This document shows, in pieces, positions 45,988 to 55,369 of a DNA stretch of 64,000 nucleotides; the first letter of the stretch is position 1; each line of letters opens with the position of its first letter. The notes beneath the pieces were generated by a model. It did not search any database and was not told where the DNA came from. It worked only from the letters and a program-made list of their open reading frames with translations. A program made the translations under genes and the position numbers. The stretch is from Candidatus Brachythrix odensensis (GTDB taxonomy: Bacteria; Chloroflexota; Anaerolineae; J036; Brachytrichaceae), in contig JADKDT010000005.1 in assembly GCA_016714465.1 (NCBI GenBank), forward strand, positions 58,186 through 122,185. The letters are read 5' to 3'.

Positions 45988-46947
45988 TTATGCCACGGCT
46001 GCCTCGATGGCGGCCATGACATCGGGGGTGAGTTTGGGAACGACATCGAGCGCCTTCATATTCTCGCGGACCTGCTCGGCCCGGCTGGCGCCGGTGATGA
46101 CCGAGGTGACGTTGGGATTCTTCAAACACCAGGCCAGGGACATCTGGGCCAGCGTCGCGCCGAGGTCAGCGGCGATGGGGGCGAGGTTCGCGGCCTTGGC
46201 GAGCCGGGCCGGATCGGTCAGGGCGTTGCGCAGCCAGGTGTAGTCGGGCAGGGCCGCGCGCGAGTCGGCCGGGATGCCGGCGTTGTACTTGCCGCTCAGC
46301 AGGCCGGAGGCGAGCGGGCTCCAGGTGGTCGTGCCCAGCCCGATGTCGCGATACAGCGGGGCGTACTCTTTTTCGACCCGGTCGCGCCAGAGCAGGTTGT
46401 ACTGGGGCTGCTCCATCTGCGGTTTGCGCAGGTGGTGGCGCTCGGCGATCTGCCAGGCCTCAGCGATGCTGGCTGCGCTCCACTCCGATGTCCCCCAGTA
46501 GAGGGCCTTGCCGCTGGCGACGATGTCGTTCATGGCCCAGACCGTCTCTTCGACCGGGGTGTCGGGATCCGGGCGGTGGCAGAAGACGAGGTCGACGTAG
46601 TCGAGCTGCAGGCGCTTGAGCGAGTTGTCCATCGCCTGGAGCAGATACTTGCGATTGAGGGTGTTCTTTTCGTTGGGCCCGGAGTTCAACCCCCAGTAGA
46701 ACTTGGTGGAGATCACGTAGCTCGCCCGGCGCCAGGCGGCGCGCTTGAGGACGTTGCCCATGATGACTTCGGACTGGCCCTGGGCGTAGCCCTCGGCGTT
46801 GTCGAAAAAGTTAACCCCGGCGTCGTAGGCGGCCTTCATGCACTCAAAGGCGGTCTCTTCAGCCAACTGGTTTTTGAACGTCACCCACGATCCCAGCGAT
46901 AGCTCGCTGAGCTTCAATCCGGCGGAGCCAAGACGTCTGTAGTTCAT
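45988..46947 (-). CDS. Aldo/keto reductase (Kv-beta / Tas-like subfamily)
   Basis: ORF 45988..47046 trimmed to ATG 46947 ([21 protein letters not shown]). DNAEGY, STKFYWG and [13 protein letters not shown] motifs. Confidence 0.85.
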   Translation of the reverse strand: MNYRRLGSAGLKLSELSLGSWVTFKNQLAEETAFECMKAAYDAGVNFFDNAEGYAQGQSEVIMGNVLKRAAWRRASYVISTKFYWGLNSGPNEKNTLNRKYLLQAMDNSLKRLQLDYVDLVFCHRPDPDTPVEETVWAMNDIVASGKALYWGTSEWSAASIAEAWQIAERHHLRKPQMEQPQYNLLWRDRVEKEYAPLYRDIGLGTTTWSPLASGLLSGKYNAGIPADSRAALPDYTWLRNALTDPARLAKAANLAPIAADLGATLAQMSLAWCLKNPNVTSVITGASRAEQVRENMKALDVVPKLTPDVMAAIEAAVA

Positions 46948-46992
46948 ACTACTTAGTCTACTTCCCCGCGGAAACAAGACATGAGGTTTTCT

Positions 46993-47044
46993 GGAGGCGA
47001 AATCCCCCGCCCCGGCGTCCGCCGGGGCGGGGGATTTCGCCTCC
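46993..47044. repeat. Hairpin repeat, CCCCGG-core family (copy 7)
   Basis: ggaggcgaaatcccccgccccggcg-tc-cgccggggcgggggatttcgcctcc. Confidence 0.7.
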
Positions 47045-47138
47045 ACAGAGCCCAGAACACGGCGGATTGGCTACAATCGCCCAGGCGAGTAACACGTTGG
47101 CCGCTTCATGCCAACAAGTACGTCTGCGACAAACCATC

Positions 47139-47945
47139 ATGGACGAAATTGCGGGCTACAACATCCAGCGCTGGAAGGCCCTGGTCAGGGTGAATGCGCT
47201 CTTTACTCGCCCAGATTGGACCCTGGATGCGGCTTCAGCCCGGGCGAAGCTAGATCCCGAAGGACGACTGGGGGAGATCGTTGGGAAGGCTGTGCTCTGT
47301 CTCGCGGGCGGCGGCGGGCAACAGTCAGCCGCCTTCGCGCTGCTGGGCGCGCGCGTAACCGTGTTGGATCTGTCGGAAGAACAGCTGCAAGGCGATCGTC
47401 AAGCCGCCAACCATTACAAGGTCAGCATCCAGACCCAGCAAGGCGATATGCGTGATCTCTCGCGATTTCCCGCGCACAGCTTCGACCTGGTGTGGCAGCC
47501 ATATTCACTCAATTTCGTTCCCGAAGCCCGCCAAGTGTTCCGCGAAGTGGCGCAGGTCTTGCGGCCGGGAGGTCGTTATCAATTCAGTTGCGCCAATCCC
47601 TTTGTCAGTGGCCTAATGGCATCCGATTGGACGGGTGACGGCTATCCCTTGAAGCATCCGTATCAGGAAGGCGCCGTCGTTTCTTATCCTGACCCAATCT
47701 GGGTGGCGGAGTCGCGTGAAGCGGTGCCATGGACACGCGAGTATCGGCACACGTTAAGCGCCTTGATCAATGGTTTGATTGGGCAGGACTTTGTGATACA
47801 ACACGTCTCAGACTATACGGATTTCCACCCTGATCCGGCGGCGACACCCGGGACATGGGATCACTTTACGGCCATTGTCCCCCCCTGGCTCAATTTTTGG
47901 GCGGCATATCAACCGCCGGTTTCAGAACTGGGCAATCAGCGGTAA
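47139..47945 (+). CDS. Class I SAM-dependent methyltransferase
   Basis: ORF 47067..47945 trimmed to ATG 47139. VLCLAGGGGQQS motif I, VLDLSEEQL and LRPGGRY. Confidence 0.75.
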   Translation: MDEIAGYNIQRWKALVRVNALFTRPDWTLDAASARAKLDPEGRLGEIVGKAVLCLAGGGGQQSAAFALLGARVTVLDLSEEQLQGDRQAANHYKVSIQTQQGDMRDLSRFPAHSFDLVWQPYSLNFVPEARQVFREVAQVLRPGGRYQFSCANPFVSGLMASDWTGDGYPLKHPYQEGAVVSYPDPIWVAESREAVPWTREYRHTLSALINGLIGQDFVIQHVSDYTDFHPDPAATPGTWDHFTAIVPPWLNFWAAYQPPVSELGNQR

Positions 47946-48001
47946 CGATGAGGGGAGAATCATGCGGAACAGCGTGCTCCGCAGATGATGGAGGCAACCA
48001 G

Positions 48002-48469
48002 ATGACGAACGAAATCCTGCTGCGGGAGGTGGTCGAAGAGGATCTGCCCGTCTTCTACGAGCACCAGATAGATGCGGATGCCGTTGAGATGGCGGCTCAC
48101 CTCCCCCGAGACTACGAGGCCTTCCAGTTGCACTGGACGGACCTTCTGGCCAAGAACGCGGTGGTGAAGAAGACAATCCTCGTTGATCAGCGGGTGACAG
48201 GGTATGTCATCAGCTTTGTCTACTTTGGTGTGCGCGAAGTTGGCTTCTGGATTGGAAAAGAATACTGGGGGCAGGGCATCGCCACGCGCGCGTTGTCAAA
48301 ATTCCTGGAGCAGGTCCCGTTGCGTCCGTTGCGGGCCAGTGCGGCGAAACACAATCGTAGCTCGCTGCGGGTATTGGAAAAATGTGGATTCAGGATTGTC
48401 GGTGAGGACAAAGCATTTTCCAACATGGGCGGGAGGGTGGTGGAAGGGATTATTTTGAACCTGGAATGA
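48002..48469 (+). CDS. GNAT-family N-acetyltransferase (RimJ/RimL-like)
   Basis: GGAGG RBS precedes ATG 48002. WGQGIATRALSKFL acetyl-CoA motif and NRSSLRVLEKCGF. Confidence 0.8.
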   Translation: MTNEILLREVVEEDLPVFYEHQIDADAVEMAAHLPRDYEAFQLHWTDLLAKNAVVKKTILVDQRVTGYVISFVYFGVREVGFWIGKEYWGQGIATRALSKFLEQVPLRPLRASAAKHNRSSLRVLEKCGFRIVGEDKAFSNMGGRVVEGIILNLE

Positions 48470-48645
48470 CGGAATAGGCCGTCGGCCGGTGACATGACCC
48501 GCCACCGAGCGCGCGGACGGGGCCTCCAGTGGGTGCCATGGCCGTCGTGGTGAAGCGACCCGGCGGTCGGTGGCGAGGTGGGCGTTGAAGGCGTCGGAAC
48601 CGTAGAGACGCGGCAGATTCGGTGTGATCGGTTACCATCACGAGG

Positions 48646-49230
48646 TTGAATGGCACATTTGGCGGCGTCGCCGTGCGTATACGTGTGGCCAGGCGAGAGG
48701 ATTGCCAGAACCTCGGCGAGGTCATTGTTGGCGCCAATCGCGCTGCATTTGAAGGGCGGGTTCCGGAACAGTGCCTGCTGGCGTTGCCGGTCTCCACGAG
48801 TGTCGCGAACTGGAAGCGCGCCTTTGACTCCGGTGCTTTCGATTCGGACGAGCAAGTTCTGCTTGTCGCGGAGGCAGCTTCCGATGGTGTTGTCGCGTTC
48901 GTTCTCGCAGGGGGCTACACAGCGAAGGTTTTTCGCGATCGAGATATTTCGGACATGTACCCCAGGGAGATCGTGAGTTTGCATGTCGCCCCAGGCTGGC
49001 AACACCGAGGAGTCGGTCGCAGCCTTATCGGGGCTTCTGCCGATTGGCTCATTGCGCACCAGGCGAAAACGCTAGCGGTTCGAGTGCTGGAACTGAATCC
49101 GAATCGTGCGTTCTACGCAAGGCTTGGGGCTCAGGAGCTTGGCTTGCAGCCCTACGATTGGGCAGGATTTGCGACACGCGAGGTTATCTATGGTTGGCCG
49201 GACATCAGCCGTCTTCGCCGTTTCGCCTAG
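48646..49230 (+). CDS. GNAT-family N-acetyltransferase
   Basis: ORF 48646..49230 (TTG; start uncertain). VAPGWQHRGVGRSLI motif A and NPNRAFYARLG. Confidence 0.7.
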   Translation: MNGTFGGVAVRIRVARREDCQNLGEVIVGANRAAFEGRVPEQCLLALPVSTSVANWKRAFDSGAFDSDEQVLLVAEAASDGVVAFVLAGGYTAKVFRDRDISDMYPREIVSLHVAPGWQHRGVGRSLIGASADWLIAHQAKTLAVRVLELNPNRAFYARLGAQELGLQPYDWAGFATREVIYGWPDISRLRRFA

Positions 49231-49255
49231 CGGTCAGCATGCAGCCAATACCCCA

Positions 49256-49295
49256 GACAGGCAGCAAATTTGCGCAGGCAAATCTGCTGCCTGTC
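49256..49295 (+). terminator. Stem-loop after the GNAT gene
   Basis: gacaggcagcaaatttgc-gcag-gcaaatctgctgcctgtc: 18-bp stem with one mismatch. Confidence 0.55.
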
Positions 49296-49512
49296 CGACG
49301 CGGCTCGACGCGGGCCTCGTCATCGGTGCGACCGTGCGGGGTGGCGCAGTAGTTGCTGACCCTCGAAAGGACATCTCACCGGCAAGACTCCGTTAACCCT
49401 TGCAGAAAGCGGATCGGGTAATATGGAAGGAACGGCAGCAATCGACCGGGATTTTCTGGCATAGGTCGCTGACCTTGGTCGTTAGGCATCGGAATGAACT
49501 CCCCACTTCGAG

Positions 49513-50211
49513 GTGGACAATATGAGACACATCGAAAGACACAGAACTCACCGGACAGGCTGGCTCCGCGCCGCCGTTCTCGGCGCGAATGACGGCATCG
49601 TTTCCACCGCCAGCCTCGTCCTGGGTGTTGCTGCGGCAGGCGCAGATACCAATGGCATTCTGGTTGCAGGCATCGCTGGCCTTGTCGCCGGCGCCATGTC
49701 AATGGCCGCAGGCGAGTATGTCTCGGTCAGTTCGCAAGCCGATACTGAGCGCGCAGACCTGGCGCGGGAGAGCAAGGAGTTGGCCGCGAATCCCACGCAG
49801 GAACACGCAGAACTCAAGGCCATCTACGTTAAGCGTGGACTGGATGAAGCCCTGGCGTCGAGCGTTGCCACTCAATTGATGCAGCACGATGCAATTGGCG
49901 CGCATGCGCGAGATGAGCTGGGCATATCGGACACGCAGGCCGCGAAACCCGTGCAAGCCGCATTCGCCTCGGCGGGCACGTTTGCGGTGGGCGCAGCACT
50001 GCCGATTCTGATGGTTCCCTTGCTTCCAGCTTCTCTACTCATGTGGGGTCTCGCCGGCAGCTCGCTCCTCTTTCTTGCATTGTTGGGCCTTCTAGCGGCA
50101 CGCACAGGCGGCTCACCCGTGATTGCGTCTGTAGCGCGCGTCACGTTTTGGGGCGCTTTGGCAATGGCATTGACCACTGGCGTTGGAGCCCTCTTTGGCG
50201 TGGCCGCTTGA
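49513..50211 (+). CDS. VIT1/CCC1-family iron/manganese transporter
   Basis: ORF 49513..50211. LRAAVLGANDGIVSTASLVLGVA, MAAGEYVSVSSQ, and C-terminal TM helices. Confidence 0.85.
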   Translation: MDNMRHIERHRTHRTGWLRAAVLGANDGIVSTASLVLGVAAAGADTNGILVAGIAGLVAGAMSMAAGEYVSVSSQADTERADLARESKELAANPTQEHAELKAIYVKRGLDEALASSVATQLMQHDAIGAHARDELGISDTQAAKPVQAAFASAGTFAVGAALPILMVPLLPASLLMWGLAGSSLLFLALLGLLAARTGGSPVIASVARVTFWGALAMALTTGVGALFGVAA

Positions 50212-50333
50212 GTAATAACGACATCTATTGCAGAAACCAGGGAAACAGCCCAGAATAGGCTTGGCAGGTTACAAACACCCGGATGAATCGCCAGTTCGGC
50301 CCCGGATGCTGATACAACCCAACGGAGCAATCA

Positions 50334-51497
50334 ATGCGACTGGCAAAGTTTATTATCGCGAACGTCGAGCCCATCCTCGCGGAATGGGAAGCGTTTGCGG
50401 CCACCCTCCCGTCAGGGGCGAACATGACAAAGCTCGCCCTGCGTGACCACGCCGCGGCGATCCTGCTGGCATCCGCGCGGGATATGGAGGTCAACCAGAC
50501 CCTCGCGCAGCAGGCGGGCAAGTCCAAAGGCAACGGCGGCGCGGACACCCCGGAGAGCGATCAGCTCGACATCGCCTCGGCACAGCATGCCGAGGAGCGC
50601 GTCGGCGCGGGATTCGACATTATCGAGGTTGTCTCCGAATATCGCGCCCTGCGCGCCAGCGTCATGCGCTTGTGGGGCAAGAGCGTTCTGCAGCCCGACC
50701 TCGACGACATTGACGACATCACCCGCTTTAACGAGTCGATCGATCAGTCACTCGCCGAAGCCGTCGACCGCTACACCGAGCGCCTCGATCGGTCCCGCCA
50801 ATTGTTCCTGGCGATCCTCGGCCACGATCTGCGCAATCCGCTGACCGTCATCCGCATGAGCGCGAAGCTTGTCTCGCGGACGAATGCAGACCCGCAGTCT
50901 ATTGAGGCGCTGTCGATGATCGGCACGGAATCGGAGGCGATGATAAAGTTGATCGGGGATATGATCGACTTCGCATCGACGTGGCTGGGCAGCGCCATGC
51001 CGCTGAATTGCGAGCCGGTCGATCTGCAAATCCTCTGTCGTGAAGTGGTTGACGGATTCCGCGCGTCGCACCCGCAGCGCACATTACATTTCAACCCGCG
51101 CGGCGACCTGACCGGCAATTGGGATGCGGCCCGAATCCGACAGGTCGTCTCCAACCTGTTGGGCAACGCGTTTCAGCATGGATCGCAAGAGGGGCCGGTC
51201 GAACTGTCGGCCGCTTCAGAAGGGTCGACCGTGGTGTTGAGCGTGCACAATGAAGGCGCACCGATCCCGCCCGAGGCGCTGCCGACGCTCTTCGATCCGC
51301 TGGTGCGTCATGCTACGGTTGAATCGGCGTTGCAGCGGGCTCCGGGGAGCATCGGGCTGGGCTTGTACATTGTGCGCGAGATTGTCAACGCCAAAGGGGG
51401 GACTATCGCGGTCGCCTCGACCGTGCGGCAGGGCACGACGTTCACCGTCCGCATTCCGCGTCAGCCCCCGCCCCCGGAGCGGACCGCGGCAGAGTAA
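50334..51497 (+). CDS. Cytoplasmic sensor histidine kinase (RsbRD-N-like sensor + HisKA + HATPase_c), no cognate response regulator nearby
   Basis: ACGGAG RBS. H-box LAILGHDLRNPL, N-box NLLGNAFQHG, G-box GSIGLGLYIV. No TM segment. Confidence 0.8.
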   Translation: MRLAKFIIANVEPILAEWEAFAATLPSGANMTKLALRDHAAAILLASARDMEVNQTLAQQAGKSKGNGGADTPESDQLDIASAQHAEERVGAGFDIIEVVSEYRALRASVMRLWGKSVLQPDLDDIDDITRFNESIDQSLAEAVDRYTERLDRSRQLFLAILGHDLRNPLTVIRMSAKLVSRTNADPQSIEALSMIGTESEAMIKLIGDMIDFASTWLGSAMPLNCEPVDLQILCREVVDGFRASHPQRTLHFNPRGDLTGNWDAARIRQVVSNLLGNAFQHGSQEGPVELSAASEGSTVVLSVHNEGAPIPPEALPTLFDPLVRHATVESALQRAPGSIGLGLYIVREIVNAKGGTIAVASTVRQGTTFTVRIPRQPPPPERTAAE

Positions 51498-51559
51498 TCA
51501 AAGCGTCTGGATGGGTCAGGACTCGTCAACTCAGCGATCACGATGGATAACACGGCCGA

Positions 51560-52312
51560 ATGAAATTTCTACTCACCTCTGCTGGCATCAAGAACGACAG
51601 CCTTCGCTCGGCCCTGATCGATCTGCTGGGAAAACCGATTGCGGAGGCCAGCGCCCTCTGCATTCCCACCGCGATCTACCCCTTCCCTGGCGGGCCCTCG
51701 ATGGCCTACCGGTTCATCAATGGCGAAACCGTGAACCACTTGTGCGGATTGGGATGGAAGTCGTTGGGCGTGCTGGAACTCACGGCCCTGCCCAGCATCA
51801 AGGAAGAGCACTGGATCGCGGCTGTCCAGGAGGTTGACGCCCTGCTGGTGATGGGCGGCGATGTCGTGTATCTCACCCGCTGGATGCGCGAGTCCGGCCT
51901 GGCCGCCCTCCTGCCGTCGCTGCGTGAGACCGTCTATGTGGGGGTGAGCGCCGGGAGCATGGTGACGGCCCCGGTTTTCGGCGAAACCTACGACGACCCC
52001 GACAGGCCCTTCGTCATCGAAAAAGGTCTGGGGCTGGTTGACTTTGCGCTGGTGCCGCACGTCGATCACGCGGACCACCCGGAAAGCAGCATGGCCAAGG
52101 TGGAAAGAATGGCCGCCGAGCTGCCTGTGCCGACCTACGCGATTGACGACGAGACCGCCATCAAGGTGGTCGACGGAAACGTCGAGGTCGTCTCAAAAGG
52201 CCATTGGAAACGGTTGGCCAGGCCGGCGTCACGCCATGAATTATGTTGTGCCTTCTCTACAAACGGAGTCTGCGCATGGGGGGGGGGGCACTGGCCGCGG
52301 CCCGATGAATAG
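51560..52312 (+). CDS. Peptidase E / S51-family dipeptidase with an atypical ~30-aa C-terminal tail
   Basis: ORF 51560..52312. MKFLLTSAG, GGDVVYL and GVSAGSMV nucleophile motif. The tail ARPASRHELCCAFSTNGVCAWGGGHWPRPDE runs through a run of 11 G. Confidence 0.7.
   Translation: MKFLLTSAGIKNDSLRSALIDLLGKPIAEASALCIPTAIYPFPGGPSMAYRFINGETVNHLCGLGWKSLGVLELTALPSIKEEHWIAAVQEVDALLVMGGDVVYLTRWMRESGLAALLPSLRETVYVGVSAGSMVTAPVFGETYDDPDRPFVIEKGLGLVDFALVPHVDHADHPESSMAKVERMAAELPVPTYAIDDETAIKVVDGNVEVVSKGHWKRLARPASRHELCCAFSTNGVCAWGGGHWPRPDE
52278..52288. repeat. Homopolymer G(11)
   Basis: A run of 11 G at 52278-52288, inside the 3' tail of the PepE-like ORF. Confidence 0.95.
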
Positions 52313-52621
52313 CCGAGGCGCAAGGCGACGAGCCGGTTGACGGACACCGTCAACGACAGCCCTCTTGAGGTGGTCTTGATTGACTCGGTCAGCAATGACG
52401 TGATGTTGCGGTTTGCAGGCGGCAAAGTGATGCGCAACTTTTCAAATTCAGGCTTGCATGACATAGCGGACACAAGCGGTTGAAGCGCGGACAGAGACGT
52501 AGCGTTGCCACAAAGCGGCGCAGCTCGGCAAGGCGCTGACTTTCTTCTTCTCGATTGAGCTGCGGCAATTCGTGATAATGGCAGGAACAACTGTGACCAG
52601 AAGCTACCCTGAAAAAGATTC

Positions 52622-52668
52622 GGCGAGATCACCATCCCCGCGCGCAGCGCGGGGATGGTGATCTCGCC
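52622..52668. repeat. Hairpin repeat, CCCCG-core family (copy 8)
   Basis: ggcgagatcaccatccccgcgc-gca-gcgcggggatggtgatctcgcc. Confidence 0.7.
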
Positions 52669-52699
52669 CATGATTCTCAGGATGACTTCCAGAGGCAAT

Positions 52700-53386
52700 A
52701 TGGCAAAACACAACCGAGTGACGCTGGAAATCGGCCCGAAAGGCAAGAAGGTGGTGGCGGTGGCGCCGGATTGGCCCGGGCTCGAGCGCGGGGGAAAGAC
52801 CGCGGAAGATGCCATCGAGAAGCTGCGTTCCTATGTTCCGCGCTATGCCCAGGTCGCAAAGCTGGCCGAAATGGGCGCGGCGTTTACCGCCGTGAAGAAG
52901 TTCGACGTCGTCGAGCGCTATCCAGGAACAGGCTCAACGGACTTCTGGGGCATCTCGTTCGCGTTTTCGAGCATCGACACGCAAAGCATGTCGGGTGACG
53001 AACTGGAACGCGAGCTGGCGCTCATGCAGGCGTGCTGGGCATTTTTCGACACGGTGCGCGGGCGGGTGTCGGCTGAAATGAAAAAGGGTCCGCGCGGGGG
53101 AGGGCGCGAGCGGGACCATATCGTCCGGCATACGCTTTCTGTTGAGCAGGACTGGGCGGGAGGGGTTGGCGTGCAGGTGCCCGAGGGTGAGATGCTGACG
53201 GGCGAGGGGCTGAAAGCGTATCGTGATGCGTATTGTCACGGAATACGGGACTACCACGCGCAAGGCAAGTGGGCCGGGAACAGGGCGAAATGGCCGCTTC
53301 GGTATCTCATTCGGCATACCGCTTTTCACACCCTGGACCACGCCTGGGAGATGGAAGACAAGGATATGACGCCCAAAGACGCGTGA
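52700..53386 (+). CDS. DinB/YfiT-like four-helix-bundle protein with an N-terminal extra domain
   Basis: ORF 52655..53386 trimmed to ATG 52700. The C-terminal YLIRHTAFHTLDHAWEMED pattern is typical of the DinB_2 superfamily. Confidence 0.6.
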   Translation: MAKHNRVTLEIGPKGKKVVAVAPDWPGLERGGKTAEDAIEKLRSYVPRYAQVAKLAEMGAAFTAVKKFDVVERYPGTGSTDFWGISFAFSSIDTQSMSGDELERELALMQACWAFFDTVRGRVSAEMKKGPRGGGRERDHIVRHTLSVEQDWAGGVGVQVPEGEMLTGEGLKAYRDAYCHGIRDYHAQGKWAGNRAKWPLRYLIRHTAFHTLDHAWEMEDKDMTPKDA

Positions 53387-53464
53387 AAATAGACGGAAGG
53401 GGGATCCAAGAGCACCCAAACTGAAGCGCTGAGACAGTTCTTCGCCGCTATCAATCGCAATGAC

Positions 53465-53815
53465 ATGCAGGCCATCACGAAGGACTTTGATCCGCAAATT
53501 GTGAGGGTTGACCCCGAGGGCTTCCCAACAGCCGGCACGTATCGTGGCATCGCGGCGGTGCAGGAGCACGTTGCGAAAGGACGCGGGACCTGGGCCGAGG
53601 GAAGTTGCGAGCCCGAGAAGGTCCTGGTCAATGGAGATAAGGTTGTCGTGTATCTCCACGCCCGAGTCCGCCTGAAGGATTCGACTGACTGGGTTGGCGG
53701 ACGCTTTGCGGATGGTTTCGCGTTTCGCGATGGCAGGATCACCCAATACCTCTCCTTTGGACAACGGTCGGATGCCTGGGGGGGCTGGAAATGGGCCGGA
53801 GTGGACTCTGAATGA
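53465..53815 (+). CDS. SnoaL/NTF2-like (ketosteroid-isomerase-fold) protein; annotated start probably too short
   Basis: ORF 53465..53815. In-frame protein-like sequence TEALRQFFAAINRND precedes the ATG but contains no ATG/GTG/TTG back to the stop at 53390-53392. Confidence 0.6.
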   Translation: MQAITKDFDPQIVRVDPEGFPTAGTYRGIAAVQEHVAKGRGTWAEGSCEPEKVLVNGDKVVVYLHARVRLKDSTDWVGGRFADGFAFRDGRITQYLSFGQRSDAWGGWKWAGVDSE

Positions 53816-54234
53816 ACACGCACGATCACATCAACGCGTATATTGCCGCTCAACCCGAATCAAAACGCAGTGACATGCAAGCGTTGCACGGCATGATTCT
53901 GAAGTTGATGCCGGGATGCAAATTGTGGTTCCTGGATGGGAAAGACGAGAAAGGGCGAACGGTGTCCAACCCCAACATCGGATATGGATCCCGGACCCAA
54001 CAATATGCCGATGGAAAGACCCGGGAGTTCTATCAAATCGGTATCAGCGCGAACACGACTGGCGTCTCTGTCTATATCCTCGGAATAGAGGACAGGAAAT
54101 ACCTGGCCGCAACCTATGAGAAAGAACTCGGCAAGGCGAGTGTTACGGGCTATTGCATCAAGTTCAAGACCCTGAAAGACATCAACATCGACGCGCTGAG
54201 AGCGGCAATGCAATACGGGATTGAGCAGACATAG
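53812..54234 (+). CDS. DUF1801 (YdhG-like) domain protein
   Basis: ORF 53812..54234. ATGA overlap with the upstream gene. INAYIAAQPE...Y.IKFK pattern. Confidence 0.65.
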   Translation: MNTHDHINAYIAAQPESKRSDMQALHGMILKLMPGCKLWFLDGKDEKGRTVSNPNIGYGSRTQQYADGKTREFYQIGISANTTGVSVYILGIEDRKYLAATYEKELGKASVTGYCIKFKTLKDINIDALRAAMQYGIEQT

Positions 54235-54238
54235 AAGC

Positions 54239-54706
54239 ATGGCTACACTCCATTTGATGGTTGGTCTTCCGTGCTCAGGAAAGACAACGCTTGCCCAAAA
54301 GCTTGAACGTGAAAGAGCAGCGCTTCGATTGACACCGGATGAATGGCAAGTGCGTCTCTTCGGTCAAGATGCAGATGCGCCCGAACACGACGCAAGGCAC
54401 AGCTTGATCGAGGCCATGCTTTGGAACATCGCAAGCCGGGCGCTTGAGTTGGGGACGAATGTGATTCTTGATTATGGCTTCTGGGCGCGGGAGGAACGCG
54501 AGTATTTCCGGCTGCAGGCGAAGCAGCTTGGGGCGAGTAGTGAAGTGCATTTTCTCGATGTGCCGGAAGATGAACTGATGCGGCGACTTGCGACACGGAA
54601 TTCGCAACCTTCGCAGGCAAGCTTCCACATTCCCGAAGACATGATGAAGCCATGGATCGCGTTCTTCCAGAAACCAACACCGGATGAGCTCGAGCGAAGA
54701 GAATAG
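54239..54706 (+). CDS. P-loop kinase (AAA_33 / zeta-toxin-like fold)
   Basis: ATG 54239. Walker A GLPCSGKTT and Walker B-like VILDYGFW. Confidence 0.7.
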   Translation: MATLHLMVGLPCSGKTTLAQKLERERAALRLTPDEWQVRLFGQDADAPEHDARHSLIEAMLWNIASRALELGTNVILDYGFWAREEREYFRLQAKQLGASSEVHFLDVPEDELMRRLATRNSQPSQASFHIPEDMMKPWIAFFQKPTPDELERRE

Positions 54707-54713
54707 ATGAGTA

Positions 54714-55142
54714 ATGAGACAAACAGATCGAAGTTGTAGCGAAACCCACGTGACCTTGTCAATAAACCCTGCACCGGGATCAAGCTTGGACGAGATTACC
54801 CACATCTTGTCAATTGCGCCGACATCTCAGACGATAGAGGGCCAGGTCCCGATCAATCGCCGAAATTCAAAGCGAGAAGCAAGACACACAGCGTGGTTTC
54901 TTGAGTCGGAGTCACTCGTTGACACATCTGACGTCAATGACCATATCGATTGGTTGATCAACAGGCTTGACGGCAAGGAACATCTGTTACGAGAGCTAAT
55001 CGCTCGCGGCTGTGCGGCAAGAATCTGGTGCTATTGGCTCTCGGCGCTTGGACATGGCGGCCCAATCTTGACAAGCAGACAGAGGGGTCGGCTTTCAATG
55101 CTGGGCCTCGACATTTGCTTTGATGTGTACGGCACTATCTGA
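54714..55142 (+). CDS. DUF4279-like small protein (tentative)
   Basis: ORF 54714..55142, 8 nt after the kinase gene. Family assignment is by recollection of the pattern only. Confidence 0.5.
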   Translation: MRQTDRSCSETHVTLSINPAPGSSLDEITHILSIAPTSQTIEGQVPINRRNSKREARHTAWFLESESLVDTSDVNDHIDWLINRLDGKEHLLRELIARGCAARIWCYWLSALGHGGPILTSRQRGRLSMLGLDICFDVYGTI

Positions 55143-55332
55143 TGGTCCTACATCTGCGAGTGGCTCACAACCCTAGTGCATGCGCAGGGCGCAATACGAA
55201 AATCGTGCTTCGGCCATGTCAGGCCAACCCGCGTTCGCAGCCGACTTGCAATGGCCAGCGCAAATTTGGGTCTTCCGGGCTGCTGGCGCTGGGCGGGCCA
55301 CGCCGGAGCGGCTGCTCGAGGTTGAGCCGGCG

Positions 55333-55360
55333 CTGACGACCAAATGGACTCCGCTACAAT
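55333..55360 (+). promoter_or_regulatory. Putative promoter of the mazEF-like module, leaderless geometry
   Basis: CTGACG (55333-55338), 16-nt spacer, TACAAT (55355-55360), then 9 nt to ATG 55370. Confidence 0.4.
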
Positions 55361-55369
55361 CTCACTACT

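Noticed and set aside
48220-49059. 279-aa minus-strand ORF across the two GNAT genes
   Set aside because: It is antisense to two genes with clear acetyl-CoA-binding motifs and has no recognisable motifs of its own.
49296-49512. Mn2+ (yybP-ykoY) or other metal riboswitch upstream of the VIT1/CCC1 transporter
   Set aside because: I could not recognise the conserved yybP-ykoY four-way-junction sequence blocks in this leader. Only a covariance-model search could revive the idea.
52135-52815. 226-aa minus-strand ORF spanning the PepE 3' end and the DinB 5' end
   Set aside because: It overlaps two better-supported plus-strand genes, has Ser/Pro/Leu-rich composition with no motifs, and crosses a hairpin repeat.
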